64,000 nt of DNA from an uncultured Alphaproteobacteria bacterium. Lineage in GTDB: Bacteria; Pseudomonadota; Alphaproteobacteria; Rhizobiales; Xanthobacteraceae. The notes beneath the pieces were generated by a model, which saw only the letters and a program-made list of their open reading frames with translations, had not been told where the DNA came from and searched no databases. Location: the NCBI GenBank assembly GCA_963732085.1, contig CAVSYJ010000011.1, positions 95,411-159,410 of the forward strand, written 5' to 3'. The translations under genes and the position numbers were made by a program. This document shows, piece after piece, positions 41,158 through 51,412 of the stretch (the stretch's first letter is position 1; each line of letters starts with the position of its first letter).

Positions 41158-41620
41158 ATGGCTAAGGCGAAGAAAGCTCTTCACCATCGGCTACGAGCAG
41201 ACGCCGTCAAAGGCGGTGCTCGACGAACTGGAACACGCCGGCGTCAAGCTGCTGGTCGACGTGCGCGCGGTGACATCGTCGCGCCGGCCGGGCTTCTCCA
41301 AGAACCAGCTGGCCGCCGGTCTCGACGAGCGCGGCATCGCCTATATTCATCTCGCAGGCCTCGGCACGCCCAAGGAAGGCCGTCTCGCGGCGCGCAGCGG
41401 CGATTACGCGACGTTGCAGAAAATCTTCGCCAGGCATCTGAAGACACCGCAGGCGAAAGAAGGACTCGACGAGCTCTCGGCGCTGGTGAGGAAGGCCGGC
41501 CCCGTCTGCCTGCTCTGCTACGAGCGCGACCACGAACATTGTCACCGGCGCTGGATCGCGGAGATCATCGAAGAGCGGGATAAGGTGAAGGTGGAGAATT
41601 TGGCTGGGAAGCAGGTTTAG
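41158..41620 (+). CDS. DUF488 family protein, frameshift near 41177
   Basis: LFTIGYE, LVDVR, SRRPGFSK, LLCYERD...CHRRWIAE. Confidence 0.88.
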
Positions 41621-41621
41621 C

Positions 41622-41709
41622 TCGTCATTGCGAGGAGCGAAGCGACGAAGCAATCCATGCTTCAGCGCGTGCGGTTCGATGGATTGCTTCGCTCCGCTCG
41701 CAATGACGA
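41622..41709. repeat. CGTC-type palindromic repeat, family A
   Basis: cgtcattgcgaggagcgaagcgacgaagcaatcca...tggattgcttcgctccgctcgcaatgacg. Confidence 0.9.
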
Positions 41710-41712
41710 TGG

Positions 41713-42616
41713 TTACAGCGACAGCGTCCCTTCCATCATGAACACACAGGCCCCGCCGACATGAGCAGAAACGACCTTGCTGTCCTGCTTGCGCACGCGC
41801 GTGAACAGGATGCTCGGGCGGCCCATGTCAAAGCCCTGCCCGATGGTCATCTTCAATTCGCCGTCGCTGATGCCGTCGAGGTCGGCGAACAGCGCCGCGG
41901 CCGCAGCGGTGGCGCTGCCGGTCGCGGGATCTTCGGACAGGCCGCTCGATCCCGGATGGAACATCCGCGCTTGCACGTTGCATGGCGCCTCGCTCGCGGG
42001 CACGTCACGCGTGTAGAAATAGATCGCGTCATTGCCGTCGATCGGGAGCGTCCGGGCAAAGGCATCCGCATTGGGTTTGGCGCGTTTGAGCGCTTCGCGC
42101 GAGGCAACTTCCACGGCGAGGAACGGCAATCCGACCGAAATGATGTGCGGCTGATGCCGGTCGGTCCTGACATCGGCGGCCGACAGCGACAGGCAGGCCG
42201 CCGCCTGCTCGGCCGGCACCTGCGTCAGTCGCTTCAGCGGCTGCGGTGCGGTCAGTTCGGCATTTGTGACCTTCCCATTCGCACTCGTGATCTCGACCGG
42301 CACCAGCCCAGCCTTTTCCTCGAACAATAGCCGCGCCGGAGGCGTCTTGGCGCGCGAGGCCAGCACAAAGGCCGTGCCGACATTGGGATGACCGGCGAAG
42401 GGAAGTTCTGATCTGCACCGTGAAAATGCGTACCTCCGCGTCGTGAGCCTTGTCACCCGGCGGCAGCACGAAGGTCGTCTCCGAATAATTGAACTCGGTC
42501 GCGATCGCCTGCATCTGCTCGGTCGACAGGCCCTCGGCATCGAGCACGACCGCCAGCGGATTGCCGCCGAAGGCGCGATCGGTGAAAACGTCGACAGTGA
42601 TGTATCGTCGCTGCAA
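41713..42616 (-). CDS. PhzF family isomerase, frameshift near 42410
   Basis: [50 protein letters not shown]. Confidence 0.9.
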
Positions 42617-42707
42617 GATGCTCTCGTCTGCTTCGATGGGTCGTTCGGCGTGCAGCAATAACACGGCATCGACACCGGCTAGAAGCTAAACATTGACCTC
42701 GGTGCAA

Positions 42708-44024
42708 TCATCCCAACTGCCAGATCGTCATCGGCTTGTCATAGCCCCGGATCGGCACGTCGCCGAGCGATACCGCATCGTTGCAGTCCTCGCCAAGCGC
42801 ATCGTGCACGCTCGAGGAGATCAGAAGCTGCGAATTGAAGTCCTTGTTGAGGGCCTCCAGCCGTGAGGCGAAATTCACGGTGTCGCCGATCACGGTATAT
42901 TCCTTGCGCCGGGGCGAGCCGATATTGCCGGCGACCACTTCGCCGAAATGGACGCCGATGCCGATCCGCAGCGGCCAGCTCGAACCGTCGTTGATCCGCT
43001 CCATCGCGGCGAGCATCTCGCGCGCTGCCGCGACCGCGCGATGCGCGGGCTCCTCGGCCTCGAACGGCGCGCCGAACAGCGCGAGAAAGCCGTCGCCGAG
43101 AAACTTGTTCACGATGCCGCCGTGGCGATCGAGGATTTCGACCAGCACCGCGAACGCGCCGTCGAGGCGGTCGACCACGTCCTGCGGTGAGCGTGAGCGC
43201 GCGCCCGCCGTGAAGCTGCGAAAATCGACGAACATCACGGCGACCTTGCGGATGTCGCTTTCGGTGCTCGCGCCCTCCAGCAGCAGCCGCTCCACCACTT
43301 CAGGCGAAACGTGCTGGCCGAACAGATTGGTGACGCGGTCGCGCGCGGTGGCGGCGCGAAGACTGGCGGCAAAGCTGCGGCGCAGCTGCACGCCGACCGC
43401 GCCCGCCAGGATGCCGCAGGTGAAGAGCACCAGACTGCGTGAGAGATGATAGTAAATCTCCGGCGCCGGGTCGAGGTTGACCAGCGGCCTGTAATACAGC
43501 GCCAGATACAGCAGCTCGGCCGCTGCCACGAAGCCGGTGAAGGTCGACAGCCAGAAATCGAGCCGCAGCGTCGAGAGAATGACGAAGATGAAATAGACCA
43601 TGGGCATCACGAAGCCGAGTGCCCGCACCGGCCCCATGCTTTCGATCTGCAGCGCCAGCACGACGGTCGGGATACTGGTCTCGATCAGCGCCCCGAGATA
43701 GCGGCGGTAGACGTTCAAATCCTCATCGCGCTGCAAATGGTGGCTGATCGCGGTGTGGACCCACACCTCGAAGATGATCAGGCCGATCAGGATGCGATAA
43801 ATGACGCGCGGATTGACGCCATGCCAGACGCGTTCGACCACGTCGGGAAAGAGCACATGGACCAGGGCGACGTTGACCATGATCACGAGCGAGACGACGA
43901 TCACCGCCCGGACGCGAATGAGCTCGGTGCGCATCACCTCGCGCATCAGCATGTGCTCGAACTGCTTCGACACCGGCTCATGCGGGCCGACAAGCGCGCG
44001 CCAAAGTCCTGTCATTGCAGTCAT
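42708..44024 (-). CDS. Membrane-bound class III adenylate cyclase
   Basis: Several N-terminal TM helices; FVDFRSFT, KFLGDG, YTVIGDTVNFASRLE (Lys/Thr specificity pair suggests ATP). Confidence 0.92.
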   Translation of the reverse strand: MTAMTGLWRALVGPHEPVSKQFEHMLMREVMRTELIRVRAVIVVSLVIMVNVALVHVLFPDVVERVWHGVNPRVIYRILIGLIIFEVWVHTAISHHLQRDEDLNVYRRYLGALIETSIPTVVLALQIESMGPVRALGFVMPMVYFIFVILSTLRLDFWLSTFTGFVAAAELLYLALYYRPLVNLDPAPEIYYHLSRSLVLFTCGILAGAVGVQLRRSFAASLRAATARDRVTNLFGQHVSPEVVERLLLEGASTESDIRKVAVMFVDFRSFTAGARSRSPQDVVDRLDGAFAVLVEILDRHGGIVNKFLGDGFLALFGAPFEAEEPAHRAVAAAREMLAAMERINDGSSWPLRIGIGVHFGEVVAGNIGSPRRKEYTVIGDTVNFASRLEALNKDFNSQLLISSSVHDALGEDCNDAVSLGDVPIRGYDKPMTIWQLG

Positions 44025-44056
44025 GGCAGCCGTCCCTTCCCGCGGGAAATATAACC

Positions 44057-45226
44057 TCAATCGAGGGTGCGACGGAAGCGCGTCACGGCGATAGTCATTG
44101 CAAGCCCCATCAACGCGATGAGCGCCAAAGTGTCATATTGCAGGTTCGGCAGCGTCGCGCCCTTCAGCATGATGGCCCGCACGATGCGGACATAGTGCGT
44201 CAGGGGCAGACCCTCGCCGAGATATTGCGCCCAGACCGGCATGCCGGCGAACGGAAACATGAAGCCGGACAACAGGATGCTCGGCAGGAAGAACATCATC
44301 GACATCTGCATCGCCTGCAACTGGTTCTGCACGATGGTCGAGAAGGTGTAACCGATCGAGAGATTGGTGGTGATGAACAGCGTGGTGAGCAGCGCCAGCA
44401 GCGTCATGCTGCCGAGCACGGGCACGCCGAACAGCAGCACGCCGATGCCGAGAATCAGCACAGCCTGGATGAAGCCGACCAGCACATAAGGGATGATCTT
44501 GCCGAACATCACCTCGACCGGCTTGATCGGCATCGACAGCAGGCTTTCCATGGTGCCGCGCTCGATCTCGCGGGTGACCGAGAGTGCGGTGAAGATCAGC
44601 ATGGTCATGGTGAGGATGGTGCCGACCAGGCCCGGCACGATGTTGAGCCGCGAGGAGGCGGCCGGATTGTAGCGCGCATGCGCCCTGATCTCGAACGGCA
44701 TCGATGGGGGATCACCGATGTGGAGATCGTGCTCCAGTGCGGTCTGCACCAGCACGGAAAGCGACGACAGCGCCGCCGACGCCGCGACGGGATCGGTGGC
44801 GTCGGCCGCGACCAAAAGCGCGGGACGATCGCCGCGCCGCACCGCGCGCTCGAAGCCGCGCGGGATTTCGACGCCGAACAGCACCTTGCCCGACTTGAGC
44901 AGATCGTCGAACTCGGCGACGTCATGGACCTTGCGGGTGAACTTGAAATAGGCGGTGTTCTCCAGCGCCTTCAGGACCGAGCGGCCGAGATCGCTGTCCT
45001 CCTGCAGCAGCACCGCGGTCGGCAGGTTGTGCGGCGTGGTGTTGATGGCGTAGCCGAACAGCAGAAGCTGCATCACCGGAATCATCACGATCATCGCAAA
45101 CGACACGCGGTCGCGGCGAAGCTGGATGAACTCCTTGATCACCATGGCAAAACTGCGCCGCCAGAAGCCGAAGGGCCGCTCCCTTGTCTCTTCACGCCGG
45201 TCGTTCGCCGTAATCGCCATGCTCAT
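44057..45226 (-). CDS. ABC-2 exporter permease (YbhR/S-like)
   Basis: KEFIQLRRD, REIERGTME, LLSGFMFP. Confidence 0.93.
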   Translation of the reverse strand: MSMAITANDRREETRERPFGFWRRSFAMVIKEFIQLRRDRVSFAMIVMIPVMQLLLFGYAINTTPHNLPTAVLLQEDSDLGRSVLKALENTAYFKFTRKVHDVAEFDDLLKSGKVLFGVEIPRGFERAVRRGDRPALLVAADATDPVAASAALSSLSVLVQTALEHDLHIGDPPSMPFEIRAHARYNPAASSRLNIVPGLVGTILTMTMLIFTALSVTREIERGTMESLLSMPIKPVEVMFGKIIPYVLVGFIQAVLILGIGVLLFGVPVLGSMTLLALLTTLFITTNLSIGYTFSTIVQNQLQAMQMSMMFFLPSILLSGFMFPFAGMPVWAQYLGEGLPLTHYVRIVRAIMLKGATLPNLQYDTLALIALMGLAMTIAVTRFRRTLD

Positions 45227-46156
45227 TGGAAATTGTCCTTTGAGCGGCCCATCAGCTCGATGAAGACGTCTTCGAGCGACGGCTCGGTGTGCTGCCAGTG
45301 CAGGCCTGCCTTGCCGCGCCAGGGCGCGATGGTGGCTTCGAGCGCGTCCCTGTCGCGGCCGGAGACGTGGAGCGAGGTACCGAACGGCGCGACCATGTCG
45401 ATGCCGCTCTGGCCGGTCAGCTTCTCCGACAACGATTGCAGATCATCGCCCGTGACGGTGTAGGTGGTGAGCTTCGAATTCGCGATGACGTCGTCGACCG
45501 TGCCATGCGCGAGCAGATGGCCGTAGGCGATGTAGGCGATCTCGTGGCAGCGCTCCGCCTCGTCCATGTAGTGGGTCGAGACCAGCACGGTGAGCCCCTG
45601 CCCTGCCAGCCCATGAATCTCGTTCCAGAAATCGCGCCGCGCCTTGGGGTCGACGCCGGCGGTCGGCTCGTCCAGCAGCAGCAATTGCGGGTTGGGCAGC
45701 GTGCAGGCCCCTAACGCCAGCCGCTGCTTCCAGCCGCCCGAAAGCTCGCCCGCGAGTTGTTCCTCGCGGCCGCTTAAGCCCAAGCGCTTGATCATTTCCC
45801 GCGCCGTGCCGCGCGCGTCCGGCACACCATAAAGCCGCGCGACGAACTCCAGGTTCTCGCGCACCGAGAGGTCCTGATAGAGCGAGAAGCGCTGCGTCAT
45901 GTAGCCGACCTGCCGCTTGATCTTGTCGGCGTCGCGCTTGATGTCATAGCCGAGGCAGGTGCCCTCGCCGCTATCGGGCGTCAGCAACCCGCAGAGCATG
46001 CGGATGGTCGTGGTCTTGCCGGAGCCGTTCGGACCGAGGAAGCCATAGATCGAGCCGCGCTTCACCTGCATCGACAGCTCGTGCACGACCTCGCGGCCGC
46101 CGAAGGATTTCGACAGACCCTTGACGTCGATGGCGATGGGAGACGGCGTTGTTCAT
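45223..46156 (-). CDS. ABC exporter ATP-binding protein, frameshift near the start
   Basis: GPNGSGKTT, LSGGWKQR, LDEPTAGVD, STHYMDEAE. Confidence 0.92.
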
Positions 46157-46935
46157 TGCTTTGACGCAACAGGTGTCTTGGGGTTGAGAAAGACGCTGAT
46201 CGGCTGACCGACGCGCAGTACATCGGGCCGCGAGGGCCGCGCCTGGATCAAATAGACGAGCTTGTTGCGCTCATCGAGGCTGTAGATCACCGGCGGCGTG
46301 TACTCGGCCATCGTTGCGATGAAGTAGATTTTCGCGGTGAGATCGGCGGCGCAATTGTCGCAGCTCACCTTGACCTCGTCGCCAACAGCAAGCTTCGGCA
46401 GCTCGCTCTCGGGCACATAGAACCTGACCTTCATGTTGCCGGGGGGCATGATGGAGAGCACCGGCCGCTGCGCCTGCACCATCTCGCCTTCGCGGAAATA
46501 GATCTGCTGGATGGTGCCGTTCACCGGCGCAAAACCCTGCCGCCGCGCCAGCCGCGTCTCCGACGTCGCAACCCGCGCTTCCGCGACCCGCAGCGTCGAA
46601 ACAGCGGAATCGAGGCTGGCCTGCGTGCCCGAGCCGGTCTTGCTCAGCGAGGCGGCGCGGTCGTAGGTCTGCTGCGCGTTGGCGAGCGTGGCCTTGTTCT
46701 GGTTGAGATCGGCCTGCTGCAGGTCGTCGTCGACGGTGTAGAGCTGCTCGCCCTTCTTGACCTCGTCGCCCTCGCGAACTTTCAGATTGGTGACGCGTCC
46801 GGACTCGTCGGGGCTGACGAAGATCATGTCGGCCTCGACCCAGCCCTGGAAACCGGGATCGCGATGCTCGTTGCAGCCGGCGAGCAGCGACGTCAGCGCC
46901 AGCGCTGCCAGGAACTTGGTGCAAATGAAGTTCAT
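46153..46935 (-). CDS. HlyD-family periplasmic adaptor (lipoprotein)
   Basis: Lipobox LAGC, VREGDEVKKG, AEYTPPVIYS. Confidence 0.92.
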   Translation of the reverse strand: MNFICTKFLAALALTSLLAGCNEHRDPGFQGWVEADMIFVSPDESGRVTNLKVREGDEVKKGEQLYTVDDDLQQADLNQNKATLANAQQTYDRAASLSKTGSGTQASLDSAVSTLRVAEARVATSETRLARRQGFAPVNGTIQQIYFREGEMVQAQRPVLSIMPPGNMKVRFYVPESELPKLAVGDEVKVSCDNCAADLTAKIYFIATMAEYTPPVIYSLDERNKLVYLIQARPSRPDVLRVGQPISVFLNPKTPVASKQ

Positions 46936-47603
46936 GGCGTCCTCCGTTCGCCAAAAATCAGATCGAGATGGACACGGAACATCTCGATCGCGTCCAGCGG
47001 TGCGTGCCTTTCGAACAAACTCTTCCAGACCACCGCGACGATCGCGGGCGCGACCACGATTTGCGGGAAGCGCGCGAGCTCGGGGATGCGGATTTCGCCG
47101 CGCGCCACCGCAAGCTCGATCAGCGCGCGCATGCCGGCCAGTCCCCGTGAGATCACCTCGCGATAGTAGAAGTCGGCGATCGCGGGAAACCGCGGGCCCT
47201 CGGCGATGATCAGCCGCACGATGTCGCCGCGCCGCGTGGTTGCGATCTCCTGGATGAAGACCCGCGCAAAACCCTCCAGCGCGTCGCGGATCGAGGCGCC
47301 GGCCGGCGGCGGCCCGGTCAGCGTGCCGATCAGCGGCACGATCGCGGTGCGGATCAATTCCTCGAACATCAATTCCTTGTCCTTGAAGTGCAGGTAGATG
47401 GTGCCCTTGGCGACGCCGGCGCGTTTGGCGATGTCGTCCAGTCGCGTGGCGGCGAAGCCGCGGGCGACGAACTCCTCCATTGCGGCGTCCACGATGGCCG
47501 CGCGGCGCTCGGCTGCGCGCTCGGAGCGGCTTGGGGCGGCCTTGCCGCCTGCCCCGCTTTGCGGTGCTTCGACCGGAGATGCGGGTTTGAGTGCCTTCGC
47601 CAT
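46932..47603 (-). CDS. TetR family transcriptional regulator
   Basis: GFAATRLDDIAKRAGVAKGTIYLHFKDKE. Confidence 0.95.
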   Translation of the reverse strand: MAKALKPASPVEAPQSGAGGKAAPSRSERAAERRAAIVDAAMEEFVARGFAATRLDDIAKRAGVAKGTIYLHFKDKELMFEELIRTAIVPLIGTLTGPPPAGASIRDALEGFARVFIQEIATTRRGDIVRLIIAEGPRFPAIADFYYREVISRGLAGMRALIELAVARGEIRIPELARFPQIVVAPAIVAVVWKSLFERHAPLDAIEMFRVHLDLIFGERRTP

Positions 47604-47610
47604 GCTTAAG

Positions 47611-47634
47611 ATATGACTGACTAGTCAGTCATAT
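47611..47634. promoter_or_regulatory. Perfect 24-bp palindrome, probable TetR operator
   Basis: ATATGACTGACT|AGTCAGTCATAT, 7 bp upstream of the tetR ATG. Confidence 0.85.
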
Positions 47635-47690
47635 TCAAGCGACAATGTGAACCCTGCTCTCACATCGGCGTGAGAAGCACGTCGGCCCGG

Positions 47691-48102
47691 CTAGCTGTGG
47701 AATTTCAGGCCATCGACGATCTTGTCGATCACCTTGCGCTCGGCACGCATGGCGATGCCGACCAGGTTGAGATCGGCGCGGGCGACCGCCTTCACAACGG
47801 CGCGGTTGGCCTCGTCGTGGGTGGTCTTGAACATGTCCTCGGTATAGACGGCCGGCGTCACGTTACGGGCGAGCGCCCGCTCCAGAGCACGCGTCAGCGC
47901 CGCCCGATCGGCGCCGTAGATGAGGATCGGCTGGCCGATCAGCGACGAGATATGTCGTGCCCGAGCCGTCCTCATAGGGCGCGCCGATGCACCCAGGAAA
48001 AGCGGCGGCGATGCCGCCGGACAGGAACGCGGCCACGTTCAGTTTCTGCCAGGGCTCGAGGTCGGTCCGAACCACGACGGCGATCTTGGTGTCGAATTGC
48101 AT
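47691..48102 (-). CDS. DUF2000 family protein, frameshift near 47950
   Basis: MQFDTKIAVVVRTDLEPWQKLNVAAFLSGG, GQPIL, MFKTTHDEANRA, NLVGIA. Confidence 0.85.
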
Positions 48103-48134
48103 GGAGTAAGATTAGCGCGGCCGGCGGAGCGAGG

Positions 48135-48578
48135 TCACCCCTTCGCGTCGCAGGCCCAGGCGCGAATCACGCATTCCTTGCCGCCGAATTTGTAGCATTC
48201 GCGGGTGGCGGCATTGAGCGAGGACGAGATGTGCTGCCGCACCGCGTAGCCATGCGGGCCACAGGGATTTTTCATGTCGACCGCGAAGGCGGCGCAGGCG
48301 CGCTTCATGCTGACCGCGGTGCAATCGCCCTTGCACTGCTTCATCGCGGCCGCACGGGCAGCGCTCTCGCCTGCATAGTCATAGGCCTGGCCGTAGGCGC
48401 CGCATTTGCCCATCGCGAACGCGCCCGCAGCCCACGACTGCGTCACGAAGCGCGTCCCCATCAGGGCAACGGTCAAGGCAAGCACAACAAGCGCGCGGCG
48501 TTGCGCGGCAGCGGTCGAAACGATCAAGAGAAACTCCCCAAGCAGCCGGGCGGAATTTAGCCGCCGGACGGTTTCCAC
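48135..48578 (-). CDS. DUF4189-like Cys-rich exported protein (start uncertain)
   Basis: AAGAFAMG, AAMKQCKGDC, ACAAFAVD, RECYKFGGKECVIRAWACD. Confidence 0.75.
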   Translation of the reverse strand: METVRRLNSARLLGEFLLIVSTAAAQRRALVVLALTVALMGTRFVTQSWAAGAFAMGKCGAYGQAYDYAGESAARAAAMKQCKGDCTAVSMKRACAAFAVDMKNPCGPHGYAVRQHISSSLNAATRECYKFGGKECVIRAWACDAKG

Positions 48579-48608
48579 TTGGTGAACGGGAGCTTGGGAG
48601 CGGTGGAT

Positions 48609-50213
48609 TTAACCCCGCCGCGCGGCGTCCAGCGCCTGCGGGGTGTCGATGTCGAGGAAGGCGCCGTCGCCCTCGACCGGGACTTCGGCCACCGCGGCGC
48701 CATGCTTGCCGATCAGGTGCCGCGCGCCGATATCGCCGTCGAGCGTCATCAATTCGGCAAAGAAGCGCCGCGACCACAGCACGGGATTGCCGCGCCGCCC
48801 ATCGGCGACGGGCAATACGATCAGATTGCCGCGATCAGGCGCGAAGGCCTCGATCAGCCGGTCGATCAGATGGGCGTCGATCATGGGCATGTCGCCCAGA
48901 CAGATCACGGCGCCGTCGGCATGGGCCGACACCGCGGAAACGCCCGTCTTCACCGAGCTTGCGAGGCCACCGGCGAAATCGGGATTGCGGACGAATTTGA
49001 CCTTCAGCCCGGCAAGCGCCTGCTCGACCAGCGCGGCCTGATGGCCGGTGACGACGATGACCTCGGAGGCCTTCGAGGCCAGCGCCTGCTCGGCGGCGAT
49101 GCGCACCAGCTTTTTGCCGGAGAGCTCGGCGAGCAGCTTGTTGGGGCCACCCATCCGCGTCGAACGTCCTGCCGCCAGGATAACCGCTGCGACGTTGCGA
49201 TTGTCTTCGAGCTCGGGCTTCTCGCGCGGCTGCGGCCTTGTCACGATCTCCATCAACAGGCCGCCGACGCCCATGCCCATCAGCTCGGCGCGGGTGACTT
49301 TCAGTCCCGCGAGCAAGCGCATCAGTACCCAGTCGAACCCGTTCTCGACCGGCGAGCGCGCGCAGCCGGGCGCGCCCAGCACCGGCACGCCGCCGGCGCT
49401 GCCGATCAAGAGCAGGTTACCGGGATCGACCGGCATGCCGAAATGCTCGATGGCGCCGCCGACGCCGGAGATCGCGGCCGGGATCACGTCGCGGCGGTCG
49501 GCGATCGCCGATGCCCCGAACACGATCACCATCTCGGCGCCAAGCGTGAGCAGCTCCTTGACCGAAGCCGCCAGTGCCTTCTCCTCATGCGGCACGCGCC
49601 GCTCGGCGATGATGGTCGCGCCCGCGGGCGCTAACCGCTCGGCGGTGACCCGTAGCGTCTTGTCGATCACCTTGGGCGCAAGGCCCGGCAGGATGGTCGA
49701 GACCACGCCGACGCGTTTGATCGTGTAGGGCGCAACGCGCAGCGCGTCCTTGCCTGCGGCCTGCACCGCGGCGTCGCGCAGCTTGCCTTCGACGCCGAAG
49801 GGAATGAGCTTGACGGTGGCGATCATCTCGCCTTCGACCACCGGCTTGTAAGCCGACAGCGTCGCAAGCGTAATCGCTTCGTCGATACTATTGATGCGAT
49901 CGACCGCGGCGCGATCGATCACCAGCACGCCCGCGCGTGCCGCAAACAGATTGGCGCGGCCGGTGAAGGCGCGCTCGACATTGATGCCGTCGCCGGTGAC
50001 GGCCTGCGCGATCGAGGCCGCCGCGGCGTCTTCGGAGACGTCGCCCTGCTCCAGCCGCACCACGACGATGTCCTTGACGCCCGCCTTCTCGAGCGCGGCA
50101 ACCTCGGCAGGGCCGATCGTGGTGCCCTTCTTGAGCACCAGCGGTCCCTGACGCAGCGTGTGGACGGTGACCCCGCCAATCGCCTCGGCCGGACTGGCAG
50201 GACCGAACTTCAT
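48609..50213 (-). CDS. Molybdopterin-binding domain fused to MocA-like nucleotidyltransferase
   Basis: GMPVDPGNLL, GAPGCARS; C-terminal ILAAGRSTRMGGPNKLL, LGDMP, GNPV, DIDTP. Confidence 0.9.
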   Translation of the reverse strand: MKFGPASPAEAIGGVTVHTLRQGPLVLKKGTTIGPAEVAALEKAGVKDIVVVRLEQGDVSEDAAAASIAQAVTGDGINVERAFTGRANLFAARAGVLVIDRAAVDRINSIDEAITLATLSAYKPVVEGEMIATVKLIPFGVEGKLRDAAVQAAGKDALRVAPYTIKRVGVVSTILPGLAPKVIDKTLRVTAERLAPAGATIIAERRVPHEEKALAASVKELLTLGAEMVIVFGASAIADRRDVIPAAISGVGGAIEHFGMPVDPGNLLLIGSAGGVPVLGAPGCARSPVENGFDWVLMRLLAGLKVTRAELMGMGVGGLLMEIVTRPQPREKPELEDNRNVAAVILAAGRSTRMGGPNKLLAELSGKKLVRIAAEQALASKASEVIVVTGHQAALVEQALAGLKVKFVRNPDFAGGLASSVKTGVSAVSAHADGAVICLGDMPMIDAHLIDRLIEAFAPDRGNLIVLPVADGRRGNPVLWSRRFFAELMTLDGDIGARHLIGKHGAAVAEVPVEGDGAFLDIDTPQALDAARRG

Positions 50214-50911
50214 GCCGCCGCCTCTTTTTCCTTCGCCGGAAGTCGAAGCTGGGCAGTGATCTCGGCCATGATCGAGACCGCGATCTCCGAGGGCGACACC
50301 GCACCGATCGGCAGACCGATCGGTGCATGGATGCGCGCGATGTCGGTTTCCCTGGCGCCCTGCGACCGCAGCCGCTCCGCGCGCTTGGCATGCGTCTTTC
50401 GCGAACCGAGTGCGCCGATATAGAAGCAGTCGCGCGCAAACGCATGCAGCAGCGCCGGATCGTCGATCTTGGGATCATGCGTCACCGCGACGAAGGCCGT
50501 GTAGTGATCGACATTGAGCGGCGGCAGCGCCTCGTCGGGCCATTCCGCGATCAGCGGCACGTCGGGAAAGCGCTCGGGGCTGGCGAAGGCCGTGCGGGGA
50601 TCGACGATGGTGACGTCGTAGCCGAGCGACTGCGCCATCGGCGCCAGCGCCTGGCTGATATGGACCGCGCCGACGATGACGAGCTTCGCCGTCGGTGCGT
50701 AGACATTGAGAAACACCTTCTTGCCGGCAACCTCGATCATGCCGCTTTTGCCCATGCGCACGGCTTTTTCGAGTTCGGCGCGCAACGGATCGGCGGCAAA
50801 GTCTTTGGCTTTCACCAGCCGCTGCTCGCCGCTCGCGATATCGGTGACGACGATGACCGGCCGCCTTGCGGCGCGCTCGGCATTGAGCTCTGCGAGAGTC
50901 TGAAGCTTCAC
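50210..50911 (-). CDS. XdhC/CoxF family Moco chaperone, C-terminal part
   Basis: IVGAVHIS, VTHDPKID, YIGALGSRK, IHAPIGL. Confidence 0.9.
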   Translation of the reverse strand: MKLQTLAELNAERAARRPVIVVTDIASGEQRLVKAKDFAADPLRAELEKAVRMGKSGMIEVAGKKVFLNVYAPTAKLVIVGAVHISQALAPMAQSLGYDVTIVDPRTAFASPERFPDVPLIAEWPDEALPPLNVDHYTAFVAVTHDPKIDDPALLHAFARDCFYIGALGSRKTHAKRAERLRSQGARETDIARIHAPIGLPIGAVSPSEIAVSIMAEITAQLRLPAKEKEAAA

Positions 50912-51234
50912 GATCCCACCTTCTCGACAAAACGCGGATGGTGCCGCCGCAGGACAAGACCGACATTCCAGGCGGTCTCGTCGGCGACGCCGAACTCCAG
51001 CATCCTGGGCTTGCCCGAGGCAATTACATCAAGCGCTTCGGTGACGACAGCGCCCTCGACACAGCCGCCGGAGACCGACCCGAGAAACGTGCCATCATCG
51101 TTAATGACGAGGCTCGAACCGGCCGGCCGCGGCGCCGAGCCCCAGGTTTCGACCACGGTCGCAAGCGCCACGCCATGGCCCGCCTTCTGCCAGTCCTCGG
51201 CGGCTTTGAGGATGTCCTCGTCACGATTGAGCAT
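50908..51234 (-). CDS. XdhC/CoxI N-terminal domain protein
   Basis: ALATVVETWGSAPRP, GSVSGGCVE; LSCGG motif in a shifted frame near the end. Confidence 0.88.
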   Translation of the reverse strand: MLNRDEDILKAAEDWQKAGHGVALATVVETWGSAPRPAGSSLVINDDGTFLGSVSGGCVEGAVVTEALDVIASGKPRMLEFGVADETAWNVGLVLRRHHPRFVEKVGS

Positions 51235-51245
51235 GGGTGTCTCCT

Positions 51246-51412
51246 CTCGTGCTCCAATTCCGAAGTCCGCACGCACTTTCGGCAACCTCTGATGCGAACT
51301 TCGGAATCAAAGGAGCACGAGTAACCTTATAATAGTAGTGCCGCCTTTCGATTTGAAGTTCCTGAACGAACTTTGGGCTAGCGATACAGGAACTTCAAAT
51401 CGGCGGCACTAC
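51246..51412. repeat. Mirror-image doublet of bulged hairpins, family D
   Basis: 51246-51321 and 51335-51412, same architecture as 19900-20064. Confidence 0.85.

Noticed and set aside
41713-42616. Phenazine biosynthesis
   Set aside because: Lone PhzF-family gene with no other phz genes.
50210-51234. xdhC split as a sequencing frameshift
   Set aside because: The two ORFs overlap by a GTGA stop/start and each looks like a complete domain, consistent with a natural split.
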